Assembly (NCBI GenBank): GCA_963842525.1
Contig: CAWJGT010000001.1
Location: 64,001-128,000, forward strand
Source: an uncultured Holophagales bacterium
GTDB lineage: Bacteria; Acidobacteriota; Thermoanaerobaculia; Multivoradales; UBA5704
DNA length: 64,000 nt
Direction of reading: 5' to 3'
The notes under the pieces are model-generated. The model searched no databases. It saw only the letters and a list, made by a program, of their open reading frames with translations, and was not told where the DNA came from. The position numbers were made by a program, and so were the translations under genes. Positions 54,487 through 64,000 of the stretch are shown here, one piece after another. Position 1 is the stretch's first letter. Each line of letters begins with the position of its first letter.

Positions 54487-56417
54487 GAGGTTTCGTTGCC
54501 GTCGTCCGTCGTGAGATCGCCGAATACCGTCTCCTCTTCCCCGCTGCCTTCCTGATCGGGCTGGTCGCCCTGGCGACGCCCTGGCTGCCCGGTACTCGCG
54601 GCCACGCCCCTGCTGATCTCCGCGGCGCTGCCGCGTTCTCCCTTGCTGCCATCGTCACCCTCGTCCTTTCCGTGGTGCTGGGGTCTTCGGTCTTCGCGCG
54701 CGATCTGGCAGAGAGACGGCTGGGTTTCTATTTCGCGCGTCCCCTGCCGGGATGGGCCCTATGGGCCGGCAAGCTGGTCGCCGCCGTGATCCTCGCTCTC
54801 GCCGCCGGAATCCTGGTGCTCGTGCCCTCGGTTGCCGCCGGCGGGCACATGGACCTGGGTGGTTCCTGGTGGCTCGGCGGCCTGCTGCCGGGGGATGTCG
54901 GGGAGCTGGTCCCCTTCCTGATCCTCGGAGTGCTCTCGCTCCTGCTCGCCGCGCACACCTTGAGCACCATGGTCCGCGCGCGGTCCCCCTGGCTCCTGCT
55001 CGACCTCCTGGCCGCCCTCGCCGTGGCCGCCGCCTTCCAGGCCTGCCGGGGAAGCCTGTTGAGCGAGGGCGCGGTCGAGGCGTTCAACCGGGGCGCTACC
55101 CTTTTCTTCCTGGCCATTTTTTTCTCTGCGCTGCTGGCCAGCGCGGTCCAGGTGATCCGTGGGCGGACGGACCTCCGCCGTGGGCACCGCCTGCTCTCCC
55201 TCACGCTCTGGGGATGCCTGGGGATCGCCAGCGCGGCTTTTGCGGGCTATGCCGGCTGGGTCCTCCGTGTCGAGCCCGAAGACCTGACCCAGCTCGATCG
55301 CATCGTTCCGGCCCCGGCCGGTACCTGGATCGGACTGGCGGGAGGGACCTCAGGCCGCGGGAGGCTCTACCGGCCGGCGTTCCTCTTCGACGCGGCATCG
55401 GGCCGGTTCCTCCGTATCCGGAACGCGGGCTACGACTACTACTGGTGGCACCAGCCTTTCTTTTCGGCCGACGGGCGGCGGGCGGTCTGGCTGGACCACC
55501 ACACCCACGCCGTGCAGAGCCTGGACCTCGCCCGGCCCGGGGCCGAGCCGGTCAGCCTGCCGGTCGTCTATCCGGACTTGCCGCGGTACATCGTCATGTC
55601 CCCCGGCGGGACCCGGATCGCCGCTCTCCGCGACGATCGGCTGACTGTCGACGATCTGTCGGCGGGGCGGCTCCTTGCCTCGGTGCCGACGAGGTTCGAC
55701 TACGGCGACCGGGCCGTCTTCGTGGACGAACAGCGGCTCCGGATCTACCGGACCTCCCGCGACCCCGCGTCGGCCCTGAGCGGGCGCCGGCATCTCGAGA
55801 TCCTGGAGCTCGACGTCGACGCCCGCCGCCTCCGCACGCTCGGTCGGCTGGCGTACGGCGGCGGGCTCTGGTCCATGAGCCCCGATGGGGAGCACATCCT
55901 CCTGCGGGAGAACCACAAAGAGGCCCGGCTGGTCGACGTGGGCACCGGCAGGACCCTCACCTCGATCGCAGCGGAACCGTTGCTGGTCGCCGAGGATTTC
56001 CTCGCCGACGGCAGGATCGTCCTGGTCAGCCGGGATCCGTCACGGCAGCGGACGACTTTGACGGTGCTGGACCGGGACGGTACCGAGCGCAGCCGCGCTG
56101 TCTTCGCGGCGAGCCGCCTCCTCCTCGGCGGGCAGCCTCTGCCCGGGTCGCTGGTGGTGGCCACGAGCCGCGTGCGTGGGAGCTACACCTCCCAGCGCTG
56201 GACCTCCTGGCTGGTTGACCTCGCGACGGGCCGCGTGCGGACGCTCGGCCAGGGTCTGGTGCCGGTGACCGTTCGCCCTATCGGCCCCCAGAGCATCGCC
56301 TCGCGGCTGTTCGCCACGGGGCATGGTGGCCTCGTCCTCCTCGACCCGGTCACCGGCCGCCGGCGGACCGTACTGGAACCAGGCTCTCCTGACCTCGGTT
56401 CTCCTGACACCCCCTGA
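54483..56417 (+). CDS. ABC permease-like membrane protein with C-terminal beta-propeller
   Basis: RLGFYFARPL, several TM helices, SxDG/SPGG propeller-like repeats. Confidence 0.75.
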   Translation: MRGFVAVVRREIAEYRLLFPAAFLIGLVALATPWLPGTRGHAPADLRGAAAFSLAAIVTLVLSVVLGSSVFARDLAERRLGFYFARPLPGWALWAGKLVAAVILALAAGILVLVPSVAAGGHMDLGGSWWLGGLLPGDVGELVPFLILGVLSLLLAAHTLSTMVRARSPWLLLDLLAALAVAAAFQACRGSLLSEGAVEAFNRGATLFFLAIFFSALLASAVQVIRGRTDLRRGHRLLSLTLWGCLGIASAAFAGYAGWVLRVEPEDLTQLDRIVPAPAGTWIGLAGGTSGRGRLYRPAFLFDAASGRFLRIRNAGYDYYWWHQPFFSADGRRAVWLDHHTHAVQSLDLARPGAEPVSLPVVYPDLPRYIVMSPGGTRIAALRDDRLTVDDLSAGRLLASVPTRFDYGDRAVFVDEQRLRIYRTSRDPASALSGRRHLEILELDVDARRLRTLGRLAYGGGLWSMSPDGEHILLRENHKEARLVDVGTGRTLTSIAAEPLLVAEDFLADGRIVLVSRDPSRQRTTLTVLDRDGTERSRAVFAASRLLLGGQPLPGSLVVATSRVRGSYTSQRWTSWLVDLATGRVRTLGQGLVPVTVRPIGPQSIASRLFATGHGGLVLLDPVTGRRRTVLEPGSPDLGSPDTP

Positions 56418-56588
56418 GCTGTCTGATCAGAAGGAGAGGTGAGGACGCAGCGCCTCGTCTTTCGTTCCTGGAGTTGATCGGGCCGGACTCCGCAGTTGAA
56501 CCGGGCCGGGGATTCGGGGACTCACCGATTCGGGGGCCGTCCGGTAAAACGATTCGGGCCGCTGCTGCGTATATGAAAGAGGAAAACC

Positions 56589-56852
56589 ATGCGAAGCGCC
56601 ATGACATCCCGACCGCAGCCCCCGGCTCGCGCCGCATCGCCGGCCCCGCGCGATACCTCCATCGGAGGGGTCGCCGATTCCCTGCGCGAGCTCCGCCATG
56701 CCGACACCGCCATCCGGCAGGTCGACCTCTGCCTCGGGCAACGGCGCCTCCTGCACCGCCAGCCCTGGCGCCAGCCGCTCCGCCGTCCCGGCGAGACAGT
56801 CTCGGTCCTCGAGAGCATCCGCCGCTTCGAAGCGCGCGCGCGGCTGCACTGA
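56589..56852 (+). CDS. Small hypothetical protein
   Basis: AGAGGA RBS before ATG; no recognisable motif. Confidence 0.4.
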   Translation: MRSAMTSRPQPPARAASPAPRDTSIGGVADSLRELRHADTAIRQVDLCLGQRRLLHRQPWRQPLRRPGETVSVLESIRRFEARARLH

Positions 56853-57020
56853 GCCACCCCTGCGTCCCATTTGAACCTTCCGGGCGCCGGGAGGGACCAA
56901 CTGACCGAGGCCGCCCTCCAGCCTCCTCCAAGCCGCCGTGTGGGATAGCGCTCGCCGGGAGCGCAGTCGCCGCAGGCGGTCTTTTTTTGTGCAGGGCGGG
57001 AGAGGGGAGAAAGAGGTCTC

Positions 57021-57055
57021 TTGACAGGCTCACTCGTCTGATGCATTCTCATGCG
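57021..57055 (+). promoter_or_regulatory. arg operon promoter with overlapping ARG box
   Basis: TTGACA (57021) - 17 bp - CATTCT (57044); TGCAT-TCTC-ATGCG at 57042-57055 resembles the TGCAT-N4-ATGCA box. Confidence 0.7.
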
Positions 57056-57090
57056 CATCGTTTTGCGGACGATGAGGACGAAAGACGACG

Positions 57091-57549
57091 ATGCCAGCCG
57101 ACACGGAGAACCGGGACAAGCGCCACCAGGAGATCCTCGAGATCCTCCGGGAGACGCGCGTGGCCAGCCAGGGAGAGCTGGTGGAAATGCTGCACGCACG
57201 CGGGTTCTCGTGCACGCAGTCGAGCGTCAGCCGCGACCTGCGGGACCTGGGCATCGCCCGCATCGCCGGACGCTACGTGGTCCCGGCGCGAAATGACGAC
57301 GCCGACCTGGGTTTCCGCGAAATCATGCACTTTGTGCGCGGCTGCAAGCCCGCCGGGACCAACCTGACCGTCGTCTTCACCTCCGTGGGCGCCGCGCAGT
57401 CGGTCGCCCTCGCCATCGACCGGGCCGCTTGGTCCGAGGTCGTGGGCACCATGGCCGGCGACGACACCATCTTCGTCGCCACGGGCAGCGCCCACGACCA
57501 GCAGCGGTTCATCCAGCGCCTCGATCTTTTCCGGCACGAAGAAAGGTGA
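57091..57549 (+). CDS. argR: Arginine repressor
   Basis: SQGELV, TQSSVSRDL, GTMAGDDTIF. Confidence 0.95.
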   Translation: MPADTENRDKRHQEILEILRETRVASQGELVEMLHARGFSCTQSSVSRDLRDLGIARIAGRYVVPARNDDADLGFREIMHFVRGCKPAGTNLTVVFTSVGAAQSVALAIDRAAWSEVVGTMAGDDTIFVATGSAHDQQRFIQRLDLFRHEER

Positions 57550-57553
57550 CGCC

Positions 57554-58804
57554 ATGTCCGATCCGATCGTGCTCGCCTTCTCCGGCGGGCTGGACACCTC
57601 TTTCTGCATCCCCTTCCTCGCCGAGACGACCGGCCGGCCCGTGGTCACGGTGACGGTGGATACGGGCGGCCTGGACGCCGCCGCCGCGGCCGACCTGGCG
57701 GCGCGCTCGCGCGCCCTCGGGGCCGTGGACCACCTCCTGGTGGACGGCCGGGCCGCCTTCTTCGACCGGGTGCTCCGGTTCCTGGTCATGGGCAACGTCC
57801 GCCGCGGCCAGGTCTATCCGCTGTGCGTCGGCGCGGAGCGGGTGATCCAGGCGCAGGAGGTGGCGAAGGCCGCCGCCCGCCTCGGCACCCGCACGGTCGC
57901 CCACGGCTGCACGGCCGCGGGCAACGACCAGGTCCGTTTCGAGGTTGCCCTGCGCACGCTCGACCCGGGGCTGGAGGTCCTGGCGCCGGTGCGCGACCGG
58001 CCGCTGCCGCGCGCCGAGGAGGTCGCCTTCCTGGAGGCGCGCGGTCTGCCCGTGCCCTCCTTCGGCGCCGCCTATTCGATCAACCGCGGCCTCTGGGGGG
58101 TGACGATCGGCGGGCGCGAGACCCTGGACACGGTCGAGTCGATCCCCGAGACGGCCTGGGTGCTCACCCGGGACGCCTTCGACCGGCCGCTGCCGCCGGC
58201 GCGCCACACGGTCGGTTTCACCGCGGGGGTGCCGTCGTCCCTGGACGGCGAGGAGCTGGCGCCGGTTGTGCTCATCGAGAAAGCGGAGGCGCTCGCGGCG
58301 CCCTACGGCATCGGCCGCGGCATCCACCTGGGCGAGACCATCCTCGGCATCAAGGGCCGGGTGGCCTTCGAGGCGCCGGCCGCCGAGGTGCTCGTCACCG
58401 CGCACCGCGAGCTCGAAAAGCTGACGCTGACCGGCCGGCAGATCCGGGTCAAGGAGACGGTCGCGGCCGTCTACGGTGACCTGGTCCACGAGGGGCAGCA
58501 CCTGGACCCGGTCTGCCGCGACATCGAAGCGCTTCTCCTCAGCTCGCAGGAGCGGGTGACCGGCGAGGTCCATCTCCTCTTCCGGCCGGGGCAGGTCTTC
58601 GTCGAGGGAGTGCGCTCGCCGTTCTCCCTGGTCGCGGCCACGCGCGGCGTCTACGGCGAGGCGGCCGGCGAGTGGACGGCCGAGGACGCCCGCGGCTTTT
58701 CGCGGATCGCCGCCCTGCCCGGGATGCTGCACGCCCGGATGGATCAGGGCGGACCCGGCGGGTCGGGCAAGAACCAGCCCGTTCCTATCGAGGCGGAGGC
58801 CTGA
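57554..58804 (+). CDS. argG: Argininosuccinate synthase
   Basis: LAFSGGLDTS, HGCTAAGNDQVRF, GIKGRVAFEAPAA. Confidence 0.95.
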   Translation: MSDPIVLAFSGGLDTSFCIPFLAETTGRPVVTVTVDTGGLDAAAAADLAARSRALGAVDHLLVDGRAAFFDRVLRFLVMGNVRRGQVYPLCVGAERVIQAQEVAKAAARLGTRTVAHGCTAAGNDQVRFEVALRTLDPGLEVLAPVRDRPLPRAEEVAFLEARGLPVPSFGAAYSINRGLWGVTIGGRETLDTVESIPETAWVLTRDAFDRPLPPARHTVGFTAGVPSSLDGEELAPVVLIEKAEALAAPYGIGRGIHLGETILGIKGRVAFEAPAAEVLVTAHRELEKLTLTGRQIRVKETVAAVYGDLVHEGQHLDPVCRDIEALLLSSQERVTGEVHLLFRPGQVFVEGVRSPFSLVAATRGVYGEAAGEWTAEDARGFSRIAALPGMLHARMDQGGPGGSGKNQPVPIEAEA

Positions 58805-58805
58805 G

Positions 58806-59894
58806 ATGAAGACGATCGTCCTGGACAAGATCGCCTCGGTCACCCGTTCCTGCCAGCTCAAGCGGGAGGTGCGAGTGAGCTCCCAGATCCCCTGCGAGGA
58901 GGGGGTGGTGGTCGCGGTGCGCGTGCTCAACGACAAGAGCACCTATAACCAGCTCGAGCTGCCCAGCGGGCGGATGGCCCAGGTCAAGCGCGGAGACATC
59001 GTCGCCGGAGCCCTCGGGCACCGGCACGCCCTGTTCGGCTACGCCGGTCATCTGCCGGAGCGGCTGGCCCCGGGCGACCGCATCCAGCTTCTGAACATGG
59101 GCGGGGTGCTGGGGGTCTTTGATGGCGGCAGCCCGGACCTCGGCCTGCCCTTCGAGTGCGAGGTGCTCGGGGCCATCCTGACCTTTCCCTACCTGGGAGA
59201 GCGGATCGGCGTGGCCGCCCGGATCGGCGATGTCGGCGGCGTACCCCTCGACCCGGCGGCGCCTCTCACCTCGGGCGGCGTGCCGGTGATCGCTCTCGTC
59301 GGCTCCTGCATGAACTGCGGCAAGACCGCCGCGGCCTGCGCCCTGGTCCGCGAGCTGAGCCACGCCGGCCTGACGGTCGACGGCTTCAAGGCCACCGGCG
59401 TGTCGCTGCGCCGCGACGTGCTGGCCATGGAGGACGCCGGGGCGCGCAAGACGGCCCTGTTCACCGACCTCGGCGTGGTCGCGACGAGCGACGCCAACGC
59501 CCCGGCGGTGACCCGGACGCTGCTGACCCGTCTCGCCGCGGGCCGGCCGGACGCCCTCGTGGCCGAGCTCGGCGACGGCCTGCTCGGCGCCTACGGCGTA
59601 GCCGCCATCCTGGACGACCCGGAGATCCGCGCCGCCTTCACCGCCGTGGTGCTCGCGGCCAACGATCCGGTCGCAGCCTGGGGCGGGGTGCGCATCCTGC
59701 GCGAGAGGTTCGGTATCGAGCCGGTAGCGGTGACCGGCCCGGCCACGGACAATCTGGCGGGGACGCGGATCCTGGAGGAGCAGCTCGGGATTCCGGCGAT
59801 CAATGCGCGGACGGACGCTCCACGGCTGGCGGAGCTGGTGCGGGCGCGCCTGGGAGTCGGGATCGACCGGATTGGGGTGGAGGTGGTGGCGTGA
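58806..59894 (+). CDS. DUF1611/DgcN-like P-loop protein embedded in the arg operon
   Basis: GSCMNCGKT, KATGV...DAGA, FTDLG, AELGDGLLG; tightly coupled to argG and argC. Confidence 0.7.
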   Translation: MKTIVLDKIASVTRSCQLKREVRVSSQIPCEEGVVVAVRVLNDKSTYNQLELPSGRMAQVKRGDIVAGALGHRHALFGYAGHLPERLAPGDRIQLLNMGGVLGVFDGGSPDLGLPFECEVLGAILTFPYLGERIGVAARIGDVGGVPLDPAAPLTSGGVPVIALVGSCMNCGKTAAACALVRELSHAGLTVDGFKATGVSLRRDVLAMEDAGARKTALFTDLGVVATSDANAPAVTRTLLTRLAAGRPDALVAELGDGLLGAYGVAAILDDPEIRAAFTAVVLAANDPVAAWGGVRILRERFGIEPVAVTGPATDNLAGTRILEEQLGIPAINARTDAPRLAELVRARLGVGIDRIGVEVVA

Positions 59895-61117
59895 GGCCTC
59901 ACCCCCTGTCCCCCTCTCCCATCTCCCACCCGCCCTATCCCCGGGAGAGGGGGGACGTTGCTCAGGCGATTCCGGCGAGCCCGGGCTCAGGAGCTCCGCA
60001 TACGTCCCCCCTCTCCCGGCGGGGGGTGGAAGGGAGATGGGAGAGGGGGACAGGGGGTGAGGTCTCCGCCCTTATCCTCGGCGGCTCCGGCTATGTGGCA
60101 GGCGAGCTGCTGCGGCTGCTGGCCGGCCATCCGGTGCTGCGCCCGGTCGCCGTGGTGTCGGAGAGCCAGGCGGGGGAGATGGTGGAATCCGCCTTTCCTC
60201 ATCTCGCCGGCTGCTTTCCAGGGCTGGCGTTCTCCCGTCGGGAAGATCTCGCTGGTGTCTTCGAATCGCTCGCGGGCGAGACAGCAGCCATCTTCTGCGC
60301 GGCTCCCCATGGCGCGGCGGCGGCGCTGCTCGATGGCGTGCTCGCCGAGGCGGAGGGGGCCGGGGTGGAGGCCCGGGCGGTCGACCTGTCGGCCGATTTC
60401 CGGTTCGGGTCGGCGGAGGCTTATACGGCGGTCTATGGCCATCCGCATGGCGCGCCGGAGCGCCTGGCCTCATTCTCCTGCGCGGTGCCCGAGCATGCAG
60501 CGGAGGTTTCGACCCCTCATGTGGGCCACCCGGGGTGCTTCACCACCTCGGTGCTGATGGCGACGGTCCCCTTGCTGCGGCTGGGCCTGGTGGAGCCGCG
60601 GGTCTCGGCCGTGGCGGTGACCGGCAGCACCGGCGCGGGGCGCACGCCGACCGCCACGACCCACCACCCGGCGCGGCGGAGCAACCTTTTTGCGTACAAC
60701 CCGTTGAAGCACCGGCACGGGCCGGAGATGCGGGCGCTCGCGGCGGCTGCTTCGGGGGTGGAGGCGGAGATCTGGTTCGTTCCGCAGGCCGGACCGTTCG
60801 CCCGCGGTATCTATGCCACGGTGCAGGCGCGGCTGGCGGAGCCCCGGTCCGCGGCGGAGGTCCGGGAAGCGCTGGCCTCTTTCTATAAGGATGCGCCGTT
60901 CGTCGATGTCCTGGCCGAGCCGCCGCGCCTCCAGGACGTAGTGGGGACCAACCGCTGCCGCCTGAGCGTCGCGGTGGACGGCGATCATCTGGTCGTCTTC
61001 TCGACGATCGACAACCTGGTCAAGGGAGCCGCCGGGGGCGGCATCCAGTGGATGAACCGGCTCCTCGGGCTGCCCGAGACCGCCGGTCTGACTCAGCCCG
61101 GGCCGGGCTGGCTGTGA
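59891..61117 (+). CDS. argC: N-acyl-gamma-glutamyl-phosphate reductase
   Basis: GGSGYVAGELLRLL, DLSADFR, PGCFTT, DNLVKGAAG; start uncertain (GTG 59891 or GTG 60026). Confidence 0.92.
   Translation: MRPHPLSPSPISHPPYPRERGDVAQAIPASPGSGAPHTSPLSRRGVEGRWERGTGGEVSALILGGSGYVAGELLRLLAGHPVLRPVAVVSESQAGEMVESAFPHLAGCFPGLAFSRREDLAGVFESLAGETAAIFCAAPHGAAAALLDGVLAEAEGAGVEARAVDLSADFRFGSAEAYTAVYGHPHGAPERLASFSCAVPEHAAEVSTPHVGHPGCFTTSVLMATVPLLRLGLVEPRVSAVAVTGSTGAGRTPTATTHHPARRSNLFAYNPLKHRHGPEMRALAAAASGVEAEIWFVPQAGPFARGIYATVQARLAEPRSAAEVREALASFYKDAPFVDVLAEPPRLQDVVGTNRCRLSVAVDGDHLVVFSTIDNLVKGAAGGGIQWMNRLLGLPETAGLTQPGPGWL
59897..60062. repeat. Second copy of the CCTCACCCCC palindromic element, at the argC 5' end
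   Basis: CCTCACCCCCTGTCCCCCTCTCCCATCTCCC...GGGAGATGGGAGAGGGGGACAGGGGGTGAGG. Confidence 0.88.
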
Positions 61118-61130
61118 GGAGGGGAGAACG

Positions 61131-62319
61131 ATGATGATGGTGGTTTCCGCCGAGAGCGCGCTCGACCCGACCGCCGAAGAGCGGCGCTGGCTGCTGCCGG
61201 TCTATCCGCATGCGCCTTTCGAGCCGGTGAGCGGCGAGGGCGCGCTCCTCCGCACCCGGGACGGCCGGGAGCTGATCGACTTCTATGGCGGCCACGCCGT
61301 GGCCCTGCTGGGCTACGGCCACCCGCGTCTCCTGGCAGCCCTCGCCGAGCAGGCGAAGACTCTCTTCTTCCAGAGCAACGTGGTGCCGCTGGAGGTGCGC
61401 GCCCGTGCCGGGCGGCGGCTCGTCGAGTGGGGACCCGAAGGCCTCTCCCGCGCTTTCCTGGTCAACAGCGGCGCCGAGGCCAATGAGAACGCCCTGCGCC
61501 TCGCCTTCCGGCGCACCGGCCGGCGGCGGGTCGTCGCCATCGAAGGCGCCTTCCATGGCCGGACCGCCGCGGCGGGTGCCCTCACCTGGGGCTCGAAGCG
61601 CTGGTACGGCTTCCCGCAGGCGCCGTTCGACGTGACCTTCGTGCCGCGGGGCGACCTGGACGCTCTCGAGCAGGCCCTCATCGCCGATCGCGGGGCCGCG
61701 GCCCTGATCGTCGAGCCGGTCCAGGGACAGGCGGGGGCCTACGCGCTCGGCGCCGAGTACCTGCAGGCCGCCCGCAAGTTGACCTGGCGGGCCGGCGCCG
61801 TGCTCATCTTCGACGAGGTCCAGTGCGGCATGGGCCGGACCGGTCAGCCCTTTGCGGCCCAGGCGTACGGCGTCACGCCCGATCTCTTGACGACGGCCAA
61901 GGGGCTCGCCGGCGGCTTCCCGGCCGGCGCCGTCCTGGTGACCGACGAGCTGGCGGCGGGGCTTGGCGACGGCGACCTGGGGACGACCTTCGGCGGCGGC
62001 CCCCTGGCCTGCGCCCTGATCGAGGCGGTGATCGGCGCCATCGAGGACGAGGGGCTCCTGCCGCACGTGCGGCGGCTCTCCGCCCGCATCCGCGAGACCT
62101 GCTGCGTGGGGCCGGTGACCGACATCCAGGGCGAGGGCTTCCTCCTCGGCCTGCGCACCGCGCGGCCGGCGAAGGAAATCCACGCCGAGCTGATCGACAA
62201 GGGGATCTTCACCGGCACGAGCGGCGATCCCCACATCGTGCGTCTCCTGCCGCCGCTGGTCCTCGCAGAGAGTCCACGTCGACGCCCTGGCCGCGGCCCT
62301 CCGGGAGATCCGGCCATGA
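61131..62319 (+). CDS. argD: Acetyl/succinylornithine aminotransferase (frameshift near 62270)
   Basis: NSGAEANE, FHGRT, DEVQCGMGRTG, AKGLAGG, GTTFGG, RLLPPL. Confidence 0.92.
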
Positions 62320-63324
62320 AGCGCTTCGTGACCCTGGCGGAGCTCAGCCGCGGCGAGGTGATCGAATTGCTGGCCCTCGCCGACCGGCTCGAGCGGCGGC
62401 CGGATTCGGACGCCCTGGCGGGCAAGGTCCTGGCCCTCCTCTTCTTCAACCCGTCGCTGCGCACCCTCGCCTCGTTCCAGGCCGGGATGGCGCGGCTGGG
62501 CGGCAGCTCGTTCGTCATCTCGCCCGGGCAGGGGAGCTGGCAGCTCGAGACCCGGACCGGCGTGGTCATGGACGGCGCCGCGGCCGAGCACGTCCGCGAG
62601 GCCATCCCCGTCCTCGCCGGCTATGGCGACGCGCTCGGCATCCGCTCCTTTGCCGGCGGGACCGACCTCGCGGCCGACCTGGCCGACGAGACCTTCGCCG
62701 CCATGGCCGCGGTCTGCCCGGTGCCGGTGATCAACCTGGAATCGGCGATCGACCATCCCTGCCAGGCGCTCGCCGACTGGCGGACTATGGACGAGCTGAA
62801 CATCCCCACCGAGAGCGGCCGGTTCGTCCTCTCCTGGGCCTGGCACCCGAAGGCGCTCCCCCTGGCCGTGCCCGCCGCGGCCGTCCACATGGCAGCCCTG
62901 CGCGGGATGGACGTGACCGTGCTCCGGCCCGAGGGGTTCGGCCTGCCGGAGCCGGTGATGGAGCGGGCGCGCCAGGCCGCGGAGCTTTCCGGAGGCTCGG
63001 TCCGCGAGTCCGCCGACCGCCGCTGAGGCCATGCAGGGGGCGCACGTTGTCTATGCCAAGTCGTGGACGGCGCCGGCCCACTACGGCGATCCGCAGGCCG
63101 AGGCAGCGCTGCGGGCCGGCCTGCGGGACTGGTGCGTCGGCGAGGACTGGTTCGCCCCGGCCGCACCCGGCTGCCGGTTCATGCACTGCCTGCCGGTGCG
63201 GCGCAACGTGGTGGTCCGCGACGAGGTGCTCGACGGACCGCGCAGCGTGGTGATCCGGGAGGCCCACAACCGGATGTGGGTCCAGATGGCGGTCCTCCAT
63301 CGGCTTTTGCGAGGTGAATCATGA
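62316..63324 (+). CDS. argF: N-acylornithine carbamoyltransferase (ArgF' type; frameshift near 63020)
   Basis: FFNPSLRT, HPCQALAD, WAWHPKALP, HCLPVRRN. Confidence 0.9.
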
Positions 63325-64000
63325 AAGACGTCGGCCAGCGGACCGCCGAGATGGCGGCTCTGAAGCATGCGACCCCCTACATCCGCCTGTTCAAGGGGAA
63401 GACCTTCGTGGTCAAGGTCGGCGGCGAGGCGGTGGAGACCGAGGCCGCGATCCGCGGACTCCTGGAACAGGTGCACACCCTCCACCAGGTCGGCATCCGC
63501 GTGGTCCTGGTGCACGGCGGCGGCACGGAGTCGACCCGCCTGGCCCGCGCCCTCGGGGCCGAGCCGCGCTTCGTCGAAGGCCGGCGGGTGACCGACGAAG
63601 CGGCCCTCCAGGTAGCGGCCATGGTCTTGAACGGCGCGGTCAACACCCGCATCCTGGCGGTCTCCCGTGCCCTCGGCCTGCCGGCCCTGGGCATCTCCGG
63701 GATCGACGCCGGCCTGATCCAGGCGCGCCGCCGGCCGCCGGTGCAGGTGAACGGCGCCACGGTCGACTACGGCTTCGTCGGCGACGTCGTCTCCGTCTCC
63801 CCGGGGGTGGTCACGACCCTGCTCGACGCCGGCATGGTGCCGGTGGTGAGCCCGCTCTGCGCGGACGACGCCGGCACCGTCCTCAACATCAATGCGGACA
63901 CGATCGCCTCGGCCCTCGCCGTCGGCCTGCGGGCCGAGAAGCTGATCCTGATGACCGGCGCGCCGGGCATCCTCGAACGGCCGGGCGATCCGGGCACGCT
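63321..64000 (+). CDS. argB: N-acylglutamate kinase, truncated by window end
   Basis: PYIRLFKGKTFVVKVGG, VHGGG, GRRVTD, NINADT. Confidence 0.93.
   Translation, partial: MKDVGQRTAEMAALKHATPYIRLFKGKTFVVKVGGEAVETEAAIRGLLEQVHTLHQVGIRVVLVHGGGTESTRLARALGAEPRFVEGRRVTDEAALQVAAMVLNGAVNTRILAVSRALGLPALGISGIDAGLIQARRRPPVQVNGATVDYGFVGDVVSVSPGVVTTLLDAGMVPVVSPLCADDAGTVLNINADTIASALAVGLRAEKLILMTGAPGILERPGDPGT

Noticed and set aside
52704-56417. 1237-aa ATPase-permease fusion
   Set aside because: A frameshift near 54305 hides the ATPase stop at 54486 and the permease GTG at 54483
57051-57296. Arg-rich leader peptide for arg attenuation
   Set aside because: The ORF overlaps argR out of frame with no terminator/antiterminator; the promoter and ARG box explain regulation
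61131-63026. ArgD-ArgF' fusion protein shown in the ORF track
   Set aside because: A one-base shift near 62270 restores the ArgD end (HVDALAAALREIRP*) with an ATGA overlap at 62316-62319; probably a sequencing indel

Overview
High-GC bacterial chromosome segment, probably Acidobacteriota (inference from the ADOP-type duplicated ABC permease and TPR/CHAT genes). It has many single-base frameshifts that look like long-read consensus errors. 1-26 kb is accessory: an ABC-type ATPase + TOPRIM (DUF4276-like) pair, an M1 peptidase with an internally deleted paralog, a decayed UPF0175/DUF3368 TA pair, ada/alkA, an ADOP permease, a 21-bp-period palindromic array in front of a small helical protein gene, chrB, a TPR-CHAT gene split by an IS66-family element with a divergent S8 protease, and an IS110/IS1111 element inserted in a GTAG-type REP whose bridge-RNA guide segments can be read from the sequence. 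26-51 kb is mostly housekeeping: accBC, thiE, aroK, ccmABCDEF, ECF sigma/anti-sigma, hbd, threonine dehydratase. 51-64 kb has a secreted peptide (ending GMDPNGGW) + TPR-like gene pair, a GntR/YtrA ABC operon, and an arginine operon argR-argG-X-argC-argD-argF'-argB. X is a DUF1611/DgcN-like P-loop protein and ArgF' carries the succinyl-type specificity residue. The best candidates for undescribed biology are the 21-bp array cassette (12538-13253), the peptide/TPR pair (51155-52779) and gene X as a non-canonical glutamate N-acyltransferase (58806-59894). No rRNA, tRNA or CRISPR array was seen.
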